A stretch of DNA of 56,702 nucleotides. Origin: Enterobacteria phage 9g. The DNA is taken from sequence record NC_024146.1, one strand, 5' to 3'. Positions 17,858-26,392 of the stretch are shown here, piece after piece (positions within the stretch are counted from its first letter, which is position 1; each line of letters starts with the position of its first letter). Under the pieces are notes generated by a model that did no database searches, had not been told where the DNA came from, and saw nothing but the letters and a program-made list of their open reading frames with translations. Position numbers and translations under genes: made by a program.

Positions 17858-17884
17858 AAAAATAGGGGGTACACAAGTACCCCC
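17858..17884 (-). terminator. Intrinsic terminator-like hairpin (minus strand)
   Basis: gggggtac(17865-17872) / gtaccccc(17877-17884), 8-bp GC-rich stem, 4-nt loop; minus-strand RNA then reads UAUUUUU. Confidence 0.4.
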
Positions 17885-18025
17885 GAAAGCGAAGCATATA
17901 ATAGATAATAACATGTCAGCGAGAGGCAGCCTTCGAAAAGGGGTAATCTACCAACCACTCTCGCAAATAATGTTAACCTGTTTACGTGTTTGATTGCAAT
18001 ACACGAATTCATCAGAATTCACAGG

Positions 18026-18301
18026 TCATACCATACATTTTTGCCAATGGCCCATAGAAAATGACAGCGAAGTGCAGACAACTTCCAACCCGTTATCATC
18101 ACGTACCACGGGCAAAGCTAGGCCGCTGCGGGCGTTATGTACAGTGCGGTGTACTCTATACACAGAGTTATGCGTAAAGCGCCGCGTGTTCACGTTTGTG
18201 CAGCGTAATAACGCTCCGATATGCACAAGTGGAGCGGGCATAGTAAAGCCAATCATTAAATCCTTCTCTTTCTTATTGGGCTGGCGTACAGTTACATTCA
18301 T
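18026..18301 (-). CDS. Hypothetical protein
   Basis: 91 aa. Its ATG overlaps the stop of the upstream HTH ORF (ATGA), suggesting translational coupling; no recognised motif. Confidence 0.35.
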   Translation of the reverse strand: MNVTVRQPNKKEKDLMIGFTMPAPLVHIGALLRCTNVNTRRFTHNSVYRVHRTVHNARSGLALPVVRDDNGLEVVCTSLSFSMGHWQKCMV

Positions 18302-18477
18302 TGTGTCGTCCCCTCATTTAAAGATTCCAGGCGCTCACCTAACAAAATGAGCGATTTGATTTGATGCGGTTTCTTACCAAGATGTTCAGCAATGTGGTTA
18401 TAAGTAAAACCATTCTCCCGCATACGATAAGCAGTAATAGCGGCATTGCGATTGCGGATATCGGTTTTCTTACTCAT
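18298..18477 (-). CDS. Small helix-turn-helix protein
   Basis: 59 aa, not in the ORF track: MSKKTDIRNRNAAITAYRMRENGFTYNHIAEHLGKKPHQIKSLILLGERLESLNEGTTQ. The segment GFTYNHIAEHLG is HTH-like. Confidence 0.45.
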   Translation of the reverse strand: MSKKTDIRNRNAAITAYRMRENGFTYNHIAEHLGKKPHQIKSLILLGERLESLNEGTTQ

Positions 18478-18794
18478 GGTAAACTAATTCTCCTTAATTT
18501 AGCTTCAATACGATTAATTAGCATCGATATACTACGATCTGCAACCATATGACGCGGTTCGTAGTAACCATATGCCCAATAGTTTACCTCTTGCCCACAA
18601 TGATTACAATTAATCTTTGACTCGCACACAGGCGAATAGTAGCCATCAATGTGATCTACAACAGTCTCTGTAAACTCAGTGTGACCACACTTTGCGCATC
18701 GTGTACACTTCATTTCCTTGTCGTAGTTTGAGCGAAAAGTATAAGGCTTCCATCCTAACACCTTGTATATTTTGCTAGGCATTAATTTACCCAT
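18474..18794 (-). CDS. Zinc-ribbon protein
   Basis: Start moved to the ATG at 18794 (AAGGAG 7 nt upstream). CTRCAKCGH ... CESKINCNHCGQ gives two CxxC pairs. Confidence 0.55.
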   Translation of the reverse strand: MGKLMPSKIYKVLGWKPYTFRSNYDKEMKCTRCAKCGHTEFTETVVDHIDGYYSPVCESKINCNHCGQEVNYWAYGYYEPRHMVADRSISMLINRIEAKLRRISLP

Positions 18795-18829
18795 CGCCCA
18801 CTCCTTAAATCTTAATGGTAAACTGGAAG

Positions 18830-19027
18830 TTAAAAGAACGTACCAGTAAGCACATACAGCACAGCGTCGCGCAGTGTTGGCAACAAAGGCGAACATTTAG
18901 GAACGCTGTAGAATTTACGTGATCCCACTTTAACACTCACTATTGTAATAGAACGTTTATTGCGCTCTACTGCGTGGAGACCACCACCGAGACGACGAAC
19001 TTTATATAGAGGTTGATGCTTTTGCAT
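18830..19027 (-). CDS. Small basic hypothetical protein
   Basis: 65 aa, ATG at 19027 with AAGGAG 8 nt upstream. Confidence 0.5.
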   Translation of the reverse strand: MQKHQPLYKVRRLGGGLHAVERNKRSITIVSVKVGSRKFYSVPKCSPLLPTLRDAVLYVLTGTFF

Positions 19028-19044
19028 GTTTTAACTCCTTTCAT

Positions 19045-19323
19045 TTATTTACTGACACGTATAGCTTTACCTGTTAAGAAGGTGTACCCACAGTGCCGCA
19101 TTAAGTCACGTTCTTCTATTACACTTCGTAACTGGCGTGACAGCGTTTCATAGTAAGGACGGACCTCGTTCCTACTAATAGCTAAAGCATAGGCGAACAG
19201 TTGTTCCGAGTCAATACGATTAGACTTGATTCTTTGGATTGCCTGCTCAATTCCTGGGAACTCCTCATCCTGGTACAGAGCACCGTACACAATTTTAATA
19301 GCTGCTAGATTGTAACTGGACAT
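19045..19323 (-). CDS. Hypothetical protein
   Basis: 92 aa, ATG at 19323 with GAGGG upstream. Confidence 0.55.
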   Translation of the reverse strand: MSSYNLAAIKIVYGALYQDEEFPGIEQAIQRIKSNRIDSEQLFAYALAISRNEVRPYYETLSRQLRSVIEERDLMRHCGYTFLTGKAIRVSK

Positions 19324-19358
19324 TTAACCCTCGGACGTAAAATAATTCGTGATACCTA

Positions 19359-19386
19359 TTGCATTCCTAAGGAAATGCTCTATAGT
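19359..19386 (+). promoter_or_regulatory. Candidate sigma70-type promoter (-35 TTGCAT, 16-bp spacer, -10 TATAGT)
   Basis: TTGCAT 19359-19364, TATAGT 19381-19386, followed by GGAGGA and the ATG at 19422. Confidence 0.4.
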
Positions 19387-19421
19387 ATGTATTATACAGT
19401 TTGTAAGCGGAGGAACACAAA

Positions 19422-19652
19422 ATGACTCACCAAGATCTTATAAAAAGAAACATCAGAACTGCAATGAACAAATCAGAGGAATTTTCACACAACTGTACTG
19501 ATGGTACTCATAAAATTAGATACGAATATATGGGATCCTCAACTGTGGTTACATTTGAGAAAGATGAGTATCACGTTGGAGATTTTTCAACACCAGATTA
19601 TGACGAGATGTTTGAATACGTTGTATGTGGGTTCTTAGAGTTGCACGAATAA
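19422..19652 (+). CDS. Hypothetical protein (lone plus-strand gene within the minus-strand block)
   Basis: 76 aa. Own promoter-like element, strong SD (GGAGGA), and a terminator directly downstream. Confidence 0.6.
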   Translation: MTHQDLIKRNIRTAMNKSEEFSHNCTDGTHKIRYEYMGSSTVVTFEKDEYHVGDFSTPDYDEMFEYVVCGFLELHE

Positions 19653-19656
19653 TATA

Positions 19657-19686
19657 ATGGGCGCATATAGCGCCCATTTTTTTTAT
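19657..19686. terminator. Bidirectional Rho-independent terminator
   Basis: atgggcgc(19657-19664) / gcgcccat(19670-19677), 8-bp stem, 5-nt loop, then T9 on the plus strand; A/T-rich flank on the other side. Lies between convergent genes 19422..19652 (+) and 19683..22058 (-). Confidence 0.6.
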
Positions 19687-22058
19687 AGCTTAATAATCTT
19701 CTCCATGCGTTCGATATCCACTAAATAACACTTCATCCTCGGTGGTACAAAATCAGGACCGAATAAACTTGAGAAGTCCATAGGCCTCATTTCAGCAAGA
19801 ACTTCCATAGACATCAGACCATAAATTGTATTGTCTATGACCTGCAATATGTTGTCGTTTCTTGTCTGCTTGAACGCTTTAAATTGCCTACAATAAGTAC
19901 ATAAATCACTCCGTGTAACTATAAACGAGTCCTTAAACATTGGGAATTTATCATACACATAAGCCTTCACTTCTCCGTCCAAGAATCTTTTTATAGTCGC
20001 GAGCATTATCTTCTCACGGCTTGTACTATCTGTAGACCCAATTTGCCCACTGTTACGCTTCTCTAAGAAACGCTCGTTACCCTGATCGATAAATGACTCA
20101 GCCCAACGATAATGTTCCATAGTAACAACGGGTCGTTCACTGTTATCCGCAACAGCAAGAAGAGAAGCTATACGCAATACCTTCAACGCCTTCCTTGTGT
20201 ACATCTGACGAATTACTTCGTCTTGCACCTGCTCACCATCGTTGCCGCTGTTCAGGAACTTCGCAACAACATTATCAAGATTATCAAACGCTTCGTGTAC
20301 CTCTGCTTCCATTTCAACATAACACGGAGCAGTCCCTGACATAATACGCACAGCTTGTTTATAGATAGCTCCAATAGTGCGCAGAATTGCTTCTGGATAT
20401 TCCAGGAGCATACTCTTATTCATCAACGGGCGGTTAGCTGTACATTCCCATGCGATAATACGGGACATGAAGCCACTAGACATCATACGGTCATCCACGT
20501 TCCCGTAAAATTCATCTGGTGTTGTTTCACCTGCAAAACTATACGCCTTAACCTTACCACCAGCAGTCGTATTATCTTTACTAGAGTGCTTTGAACCACC
20601 AGAGAAAGCATAGAAATGCCCCTTGTCATAAAGGGAAAGCATTTCATCCATAATGTCTTTAGCTTTACCAACTTCCATCTTACCGTTACGGAAAAACGCA
20701 CCGACTTCAGTCTTATAGTTGATGGATGAGCCACAAGACATAACGGACGTATCCATTATGACGTCCTTGCGCAATGCAGCATCAGACGCATAGGTACTTG
20801 TATCTAGGACACGTTCAATACCAAATATCTGCTGACCGTCTTGACCGCCATAATTGGATACTTGAGAAAGAATAGTTTCAATGTTAGAGCGAAACGCTTC
20901 TTTACCAATACCAGAACGTGCAATTAATACAAAGTAGTTATTCAAACCACTTCGTGTGACTGTGTTCCACGCCTTACCGCACATACCACTAAATAAAGCA
21001 AGAGCAGACAGAATACTAATGTCTTTAATAGGCAACAAGCTCGCTTTATACATATTACGCGCAACCTCGCCCATAAAGCCCGGAGGCCAAGCCAAACCGT
21101 CTGCCTGCTCTTCAGTGTAATTACCATCTGTGGTCAACACTTCTTCAGGTGGGCGTTCTGGTGTAGTTGCTTGACGTAGTTTTTCCGTGCGCTCTATAGC
21201 TGCATTAACGTTATTCTGAACTATCTGCATAAGTCCCATAGATTTAACATGGGCATCATAACGATAGTTGCGAATCATTCTATCCAGGTGATACGGACGT
21301 TTAATTTTTTCACCAGGCATACGACGGGAATCATCATAACGACTACTCATTGGTGAATACATGAATAGACGTCTTACCTGGAAATTGTACTTACTCTTAA
21401 AGCAAAGAAAGTCAATTAATGCAAATTCTGCTTCAGACTGAGAAGGGAAACAACGTTCGCCGATAGAAGTATCAACTTCTTCAGCTCTCCAACGACCTTC
21501 CCATAGCTGCTTAAACAATGTTCCGTTTTCTTGTTCGCACAGCTGGATATAGACATCCTGGTCTTCCATTGCATATGGGTCGTTACTAAAATCTTCTTCA
21601 GTAAGTTCCAGCATTTGGAAGCCATCAGACTCATTAATCTCACTCATCTCAGACATAAGTTGATGAATGAGATTAGCGATATACCCTTCGCTTTCACTGC
21701 CTGGAGCACCAGACACAATACGCGGAGTAATATCCCAGTGATCGCCTGTACAGATAATAAAACGATACTGCGAATACACTTCCACACCATCACGGCGCTT
21801 ACCAGCCTGAGGGATGGAATAAATCCATGTATGCAACCCATCACCACTTCTGGAAATTTCCGTATAGCTATGGAACGATTCAACAATCTTCTTATATCGC
21901 TCACCAGCAACTTTCTTTTCCATTTCAGACATGGTATCTTTAATGTCCATGTCTATACAACAGAACGGGTCACTTGGAAGTAGATAGAAACCTAAACGCA
22001 AGTTATGGCCAATCTCGTTATAATAACGAACGCAGCGTTCAGCATCTTCAAAAGACAT
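19683..22058 (-). CDS. Putative DNA primase (PrimPol/AEP-type N-terminal domain) with C-terminal NTPase-like region
   Basis: 791 aa. AEP motifs CIDMDIKD (DxD) and SRSGDGLHTWIY (sGxGxH); later LIARSGIGKE (P-loop-like). Confidence 0.6.
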   Translation of the reverse strand: MSFEDAERCVRYYNEIGHNLRLGFYLLPSDPFCCIDMDIKDTMSEMEKKVAGERYKKIVESFHSYTEISRSGDGLHTWIYSIPQAGKRRDGVEVYSQYRFIICTGDHWDITPRIVSGAPGSESEGYIANLIHQLMSEMSEINESDGFQMLELTEEDFSNDPYAMEDQDVYIQLCEQENGTLFKQLWEGRWRAEEVDTSIGERCFPSQSEAEFALIDFLCFKSKYNFQVRRLFMYSPMSSRYDDSRRMPGEKIKRPYHLDRMIRNYRYDAHVKSMGLMQIVQNNVNAAIERTEKLRQATTPERPPEEVLTTDGNYTEEQADGLAWPPGFMGEVARNMYKASLLPIKDISILSALALFSGMCGKAWNTVTRSGLNNYFVLIARSGIGKEAFRSNIETILSQVSNYGGQDGQQIFGIERVLDTSTYASDAALRKDVIMDTSVMSCGSSINYKTEVGAFFRNGKMEVGKAKDIMDEMLSLYDKGHFYAFSGGSKHSSKDNTTAGGKVKAYSFAGETTPDEFYGNVDDRMMSSGFMSRIIAWECTANRPLMNKSMLLEYPEAILRTIGAIYKQAVRIMSGTAPCYVEMEAEVHEAFDNLDNVVAKFLNSGNDGEQVQDEVIRQMYTRKALKVLRIASLLAVADNSERPVVTMEHYRWAESFIDQGNERFLEKRNSGQIGSTDSTSREKIMLATIKRFLDGEVKAYVYDKFPMFKDSFIVTRSDLCTYCRQFKAFKQTRNDNILQVIDNTIYGLMSMEVLAEMRPMDFSSLFGPDFVPPRMKCYLVDIERMEKIIKL

Positions 22059-22240
22059 AAGTAAATGCAGGTTAGACGGTTTCTTATCATTGCCGTCTTT
22101 ACGAAGTGGGACATATCCCCTAAATCATCGTCCCACACATAAGGTTGTTTTTCTGATGATGTACCTGGATGAAAACCGCAGACAGCCCACTGTTCGTATT
22201 GTTTAATTTCTTGAGGAAAAAGTTCCAGCATGTTATTACC

Positions 22241-22477
22241 TTAAAACGTAGCGGGATTAATTTCAAATAACGAACGTGATGGTACAACATCAAAGTTGAC
22301 ATCTACCAGCTTAAAAGAATTCGTGTAAACACACCATGTACCGACTTTTTCATTAAAGACGGGCTTGTCATTATTAAATGCGTACACGCAACCATCAGAA
22401 TCTGTTGCAATATATCTTGTGTCTTTTGGTACTTCTACATCTGAACCATAATAGTGAATGGTAATTAAATCTGACAT
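22241..22477 (-). CDS. Hypothetical protein
   Basis: 78 aa, ATG at 22477 with AGGAGA upstream. Confidence 0.55.
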   Translation of the reverse strand: MSDLITIHYYGSDVEVPKDTRYIATDSDGCVYAFNNDKPVFNEKVGTWCVYTNSFKLVDVNFDVVPSRSLFEINPATF

Positions 22478-22549
22478 GATATTCTCCTACGATCCATTAG
22501 GACACACCTAGTATATACTGATGGATCGCAGGGGGTTAACCCCTGCAAA

Positions 22550-22948
22550 TTATGGTACTAAGACCCAACGACAGGTGATGGGTTTACATGTTATCTGTTC
22601 TTTAGAGATAGTAATTCTGTCCCTGAACATTATTCTCGGATAAAAATATTGCATGTAATTATCCGAATCCGTTTTACATTGTGCATTCAATATGCGGGAG
22701 CTGACAATAAACTTCAGATCCGCCCAATCCTCCATAGAATCAGAAAAAGATAAGATACGCCCATTTCCACGGACTTTAGCTGTTGACTCAGCTGGTAGTC
22801 TATGGTTAATATCACACGGTAAGTCTAAAGCAGGTAGCTTCCCTTTGATTAATTTATCGGTATTAAAAGAACCAATTTCTAAAGTATGGATATTTTGACC
22901 TTTAATTGGTTCTTCAAACTTAACATCAACAACAAGTTTGACTAGCAT
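22550..22948 (-). CDS. Hypothetical protein
   Basis: 132 aa, ATG at 22948 with GAAGGT upstream. Confidence 0.55.
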   Translation of the reverse strand: MLVKLVVDVKFEEPIKGQNIHTLEIGSFNTDKLIKGKLPALDLPCDINHRLPAESTAKVRGNGRILSFSDSMEDWADLKFIVSSRILNAQCKTDSDNYMQYFYPRIMFRDRITISKEQITCKPITCRWVLVP

Positions 22949-23040
22949 ATATTACCTTCACAGTTACCATAAAATTTCTGCACTTTCAGTGATATCCAGA
23001 GTTTCACTGTTTGTGCGGGCTTCTTGCGCTGTAATCATGA

Positions 23041-23256
23041 TTATTGCTCCATAGCTTGTTTCATCAATGCGTCATAGATACGTTTCGCACTAGACGCGTC
23101 CCACAGTTGTTCGTCTGTCTGAACTTCCTGGTTCCATTGCTTGTCAAATAAACCTTCTTCATACGCATCTTTAATACGCTTGCACAAAGTAAGGATGTCG
23201 GTCTGAAGAATATCAATTTCTTCTTGAGTTAACGCAGTTTGGAGTTCTTTACTCAT
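23041..23256 (-). CDS. Hypothetical protein
   Basis: ATG at 23256 (GAAGGTGG upstream) preferred over the GTG at 23265. Confidence 0.5.
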   Translation of the reverse strand: MSKELQTALTQEEIDILQTDILTLCKRIKDAYEEGLFDKQWNQEVQTDEQLWDASSAKRIYDALMKQAMEQ

Positions 23257-23635
23257 CTTTGCCACCTTCTTTATTCAGTTGACCACATACTGGAGTCCAT
23301 TGTCCGTTCGATGTGCGCTTATAATCATCTTTGCGCATACGTTCGAACCATTCAGTGTGGTCACGTGGATTGTCGCTTACTTTATAATCAATATTAACAC
23401 ACGTTTCTTTGAAATCCATACCTTCCAGGTCCACGTTATAACAGATATCGATTTCAATACCTGGCTCAGTTAATACCCAAAAACCATCGCCATCAATACA
23501 TTCACACCACTGAGGCTCATTCTCAAACGCAGTTAAAGTACCGTCCTCGTCGACCGCAAGGTATTTCGCCCACACTGGAACAAACAACACTTCACCGAAG
23601 TATCGCACAGCCTTCTGAGTAAGATTAATTTGCAT
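23249..23635 (-). CDS. Hypothetical protein
   Basis: ATG at 23635 (GGGAGGTGA upstream) preferred over the GTG at 23641. Confidence 0.5.
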   Translation of the reverse strand: MQINLTQKAVRYFGEVLFVPVWAKYLAVDEDGTLTAFENEPQWCECIDGDGFWVLTEPGIEIDICYNVDLEGMDFKETCVNIDYKVSDNPRDHTEWFERMRKDDYKRTSNGQWTPVCGQLNKEGGKDE

Positions 23636-23975
23636 GTTCACCTCCCGATACTATTTCTAAAGTCTGACGAAGCAGACGCTCGAGCTTCGATTTATTTTTG
23701 ATAAGCTGATATTGCCGATCTACCACAAGCGCCTTCTCACGGTTACGCATAAGGTATTCGAATGCACCTTGAAAATCTTCGACTTCACCTTCATAACCTA
23801 AAGCCTTGGCGACGTGCGATATACGATGAAACAGAAAGTCCGCCGAATCCATAACTTCCATCGCATTAACAATAACGTCAATTAAATCCGAATTTGTAAT
23901 CGGGTCTAGCTGTTTAGCTTGTTCAAGAAGCCTCACCTTTGCTTTATATAAAGGTGAATTGCTTACTGTTTGCAT
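23625..23975 (-). CDS. Hypothetical protein
   Basis: ATG at 23975 (GGAGGA upstream) preferred over the GTG at 23978. Confidence 0.5.
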   Translation of the reverse strand: MQTVSNSPLYKAKVRLLEQAKQLDPITNSDLIDVIVNAMEVMDSADFLFHRISHVAKALGYEGEVEDFQGAFEYLMRNREKALVVDRQYQLIKNKSKLERLLRQTLEIVSGGEHAN

Positions 23976-24244
23976 CACTTCCTCCAGATATCACGCGATT
24001 CTTTAATACGGATGTTGTACCGTATAAGTTGCCGCATAACTTTATGCAGGTCATTAAGATGCTCCCTTAAACGAAGACGTTTCTTGATAGCCCACAGGTT
24101 CTTCATATCCGTTCGTTGAAGATCTTCCCTTAAATGCAATGAAAAGTCAGTCTGCCGGTCTAAGATAAATTGGATACGCATTAAAGTATCCGACTTACGA
24201 TAATCAGGATACCACTTAGGAAGAAGATCTTGTTCGCCAATCAT
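23975..24244 (-). CDS. Hypothetical protein
   Basis: Start moved to the internal ATG at 24244 (GGAGCG upstream); the longer ORF would overlap the upstream gene by 112 nt. Confidence 0.45.
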   Translation of the reverse strand: MIGEQDLLPKWYPDYRKSDTLMRIQFILDRQTDFSLHLREDLQRTDMKNLWAIKKRLRLREHLNDLHKVMRQLIRYNIRIKESRDIWRK

Positions 24245-24245
24245 C

Positions 24246-24866
24246 TTACGCTCCAAACTGATCAATATATTCAATGAGCTCTTGCAATTCTTGCTGTAAC
24301 TGCACATTACCACTATTATTCGTCTGAAGTCTAACGAGGCGTTCCTTGATATGCCCAATGTGGTTAGTGCTCACCCGACGCTTCTGTACATCACACCAGT
24401 GAACAACACCATCTTTAATATATGCACGACGTGCTTTACCACGCGGGTATCGCATCGGCCGAATTTCACACTTATCGCCCTCCCACTTAAAGCCCAGGAT
24501 CATAACAGCGTTACCTTCCGTATCAGGACACACGTCAAAGCAACTGGTGAACCCTTTACTGTACATATACTTGTTGAGCGGAATCACACAATCCACATCT
24601 AACAACCAGTACCCGAAGTAAATGTCAACAGTGAACATCATACCCGACACCGGAGCCGACCAGCACATATACATCCGCCCGTCATCCAACTTCTTGACCG
24701 CATTCGGCCGCAACACGAGGCCAGCCTCCTTCCACGCTTTGACCACATTACTTAGGCTGTCATTATGCTGCTCTAATATGGCTACCGCTTTGGCGTACAT
24801 ACCTTCGTCATAACCGAACATTTCTTGTACGTGTGCGTGTGTTATTTCAATTTTACGATTCCGCAT
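24246..24866 (-). CDS. Hypothetical protein
   Basis: 206 aa, ATG at 24866 with AAGGTGAGG upstream; first gene of the long minus-strand block. Confidence 0.55.
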   Translation of the reverse strand: MRNRKIEITHAHVQEMFGYDEGMYAKAVAILEQHNDSLSNVVKAWKEAGLVLRPNAVKKLDDGRMYMCWSAPVSGMMFTVDIYFGYWLLDVDCVIPLNKYMYSKGFTSCFDVCPDTEGNAVMILGFKWEGDKCEIRPMRYPRGKARRAYIKDGVVHWCDVQKRRVSTNHIGHIKERLVRLQTNNSGNVQLQQELQELIEYIDQFGA

Positions 24867-25903
24867 AACCTCACCTTGATGATAATAAATCTGCTAATTT
24901 TGAAATTCAGTTGCCAAGTTTTAATTTATGCAAAGTTTTTGCTATTTGCAACTGTGATATTTTGCGGTGTTTGTATGTGCAATGTTTTTGCTTTTGCAAA
25001 AATTACAGCAGTCTGAAGGTGAGAAATTGCAAATTTATAAAGATCGGTGAAAAAATGCACAATTTATAAAGATCCCGTAATACATAAAACGGCGAAGCGA
25101 AGTGTATGAAAAATAAGGGAAAATTTCGAGGATTGGGAGGTTTGTATGAATTTATATTATTTATAAAGGGGTCCCGTAGGGGTCGTCAGTAGACAACTCA
25201 AAAATAAAAAATCTTTATAAAATTTATATAAATACACACATACACACATTTTTACCTTACTTTTCAAGCACTTACCTCCTTTCATTTTGTATATTAAGCG
25301 ACTATATATGAACAATATGACATATATTTGTTGCGCAACACCTGTGCGTTTTTTAACCAATCGAAAGATTGCTTTATATACGTCCGCGCGTCTAACACAA
25401 AAGAAAAGTGGATTGCAAGCGATTTTTGCTGAGGTAACTCTCGAAGTGAAAGCGATTTGCGAGTTTGAAATTTTGTAGCCCGAAAACGATTCTATTTTAT
25501 GGTATAAATGCCGGATTTTTCGGTGAAAGCCGGCTTTTCGGCGAGGTGGGGTGGCCGAGATCGGGGTGGCGAGTCGCCCATAAGGCGAAAATAGCCGCGA
25601 AAACGGGGCACACAGCGCGATTAAATGGTTGGATCAGTGTAAGGGTGGCGGTGAGGGGTGAAAATGCCCTAAAAACGCGTACAGGGAAGCAGGGAGCGGA
25701 TCGCTGTAAGGGCGTATAAAGCGAGCAAATTGGAGTCTATGGTAATGTACGGAAGAGGGATTCAGGTTCTTAGAGCGCGAATGGTGGTGCTATGGGTGAG
25801 GAATATGTGGTCAGCGGGGTAGCGCGGGAGGTTATGCAGGTACAAAGACGAAAACGCCCCGTTGGACTTCAACAGGGCGCGGATTGTATAATGCAGTTAG
25901 AAG
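24867..25903. promoter_or_regulatory. ~1-kb non-coding region: AT-rich motif-dense half (24867-25460) plus purine-skewed G-rich half (25460-25900)
   Basis: No ORF with a plausible start/SD. Repeated TTTGC(A/G)A motifs; direct repeat AATTTATAAAGATC at ~25027 and ~25059; many G-tracts on the plus strand. Role unknown. Confidence 0.4.
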
Positions 25904-26149
25904 TTATTTATTATCTAATAATACCGCCCAGGTATTATCTGGAAGCGTACCAATTCCGAGAATGCGAACCTTCCACTGAGCGCGAGAGTTGTACCTGTCC
26001 ACAAGTTCTTGCGCTGCATAAGCTGCATTCGCTTCGCTGCTGAGGCGGTAGTCAATGGGGGTAACAACGCACATGTCAAGGCCGACAGCTTTATAGCGCC
26101 GACATTTCGTTTCGGTAGCGGACAGGGTTTTTACATGGATAGCTTGCAT
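25904..26149 (-). CDS. Hypothetical small protein (paralogue of 26393..26638)
   Basis: 81 aa, ATG at 26149 with AGAGGA upstream. Shares MxQAI..K.L.A.T ... A..A..EL ... G.LPD with the neighbouring 81-aa ORF. Confidence 0.5.
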   Translation of the reverse strand: MQAIHVKTLSATETKCRRYKAVGLDMCVVTPIDYRLSSEANAAYAAQELVDRYNSRAQWKVRILGIGTLPDNTWAVLLDNK

Positions 26150-26217
26150 AATAGTTTCCTCTGTTAACTATGCGAAGTGCATATTATTGCCCACTGTTAC
26201 TATGGGCAATGTATATG

Positions 26218-26382
26218 TCACTCAGCGGACACGTATTCTAACGCTTCTGATAGTGTAGCGAAGTGACCATCACTTACCAGATTAATAGCGTACTCAAGTT
26301 TATCTCGGGTCAGGTTGCGAAACTTGTTACGGATGTGATAGCAACGACCGTGATAAATAACCTGGAAATAGTTGCGTTCCAT
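26218..26382 (-). CDS. Hypothetical small protein
   Basis: Start moved to the internal ATG at 26382 (AAGGGGA upstream); the longer ORF overlaps the upstream gene. Confidence 0.4.
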   Translation of the reverse strand: MERNYFQVIYHGRCYHIRNKFRNLTRDKLEYAINLVSDGHFATLSEALEYVSAE

Positions 26383-26392
26383 AATTATCCCC

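Noticed and set aside
21531-21983. 150-aa plus-strand ORF and other ORFs within 20112-21910
   Set aside because: Antisense or alternative frames within the 791-aa primase gene; no independent start signals.
22521-22545. Palindrome gcaggggg-ttaa-cccctgc between genes 22550..22948 and 22241..22477
   Set aside because: A hairpin can form, but no U-tract follows on either strand, so it is not called a terminator; possibly an RNA structure or binding site, too weak to report as a feature.
25460-25900. tRNA genes in the non-coding region
   Set aside because: Scanned by eye for T-loop consensus (GGTTCGAATCC / GTTCRANYC) on both strands; none found.
25465-26043. Plus-strand ORFs 25465..25719 and 25792..26043 in the G-rich tract
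   Set aside because: Gly/Arg-rich translations of purine-skewed DNA with no SD; the second runs antisense into gene 25904..26149. Treated as non-coding.
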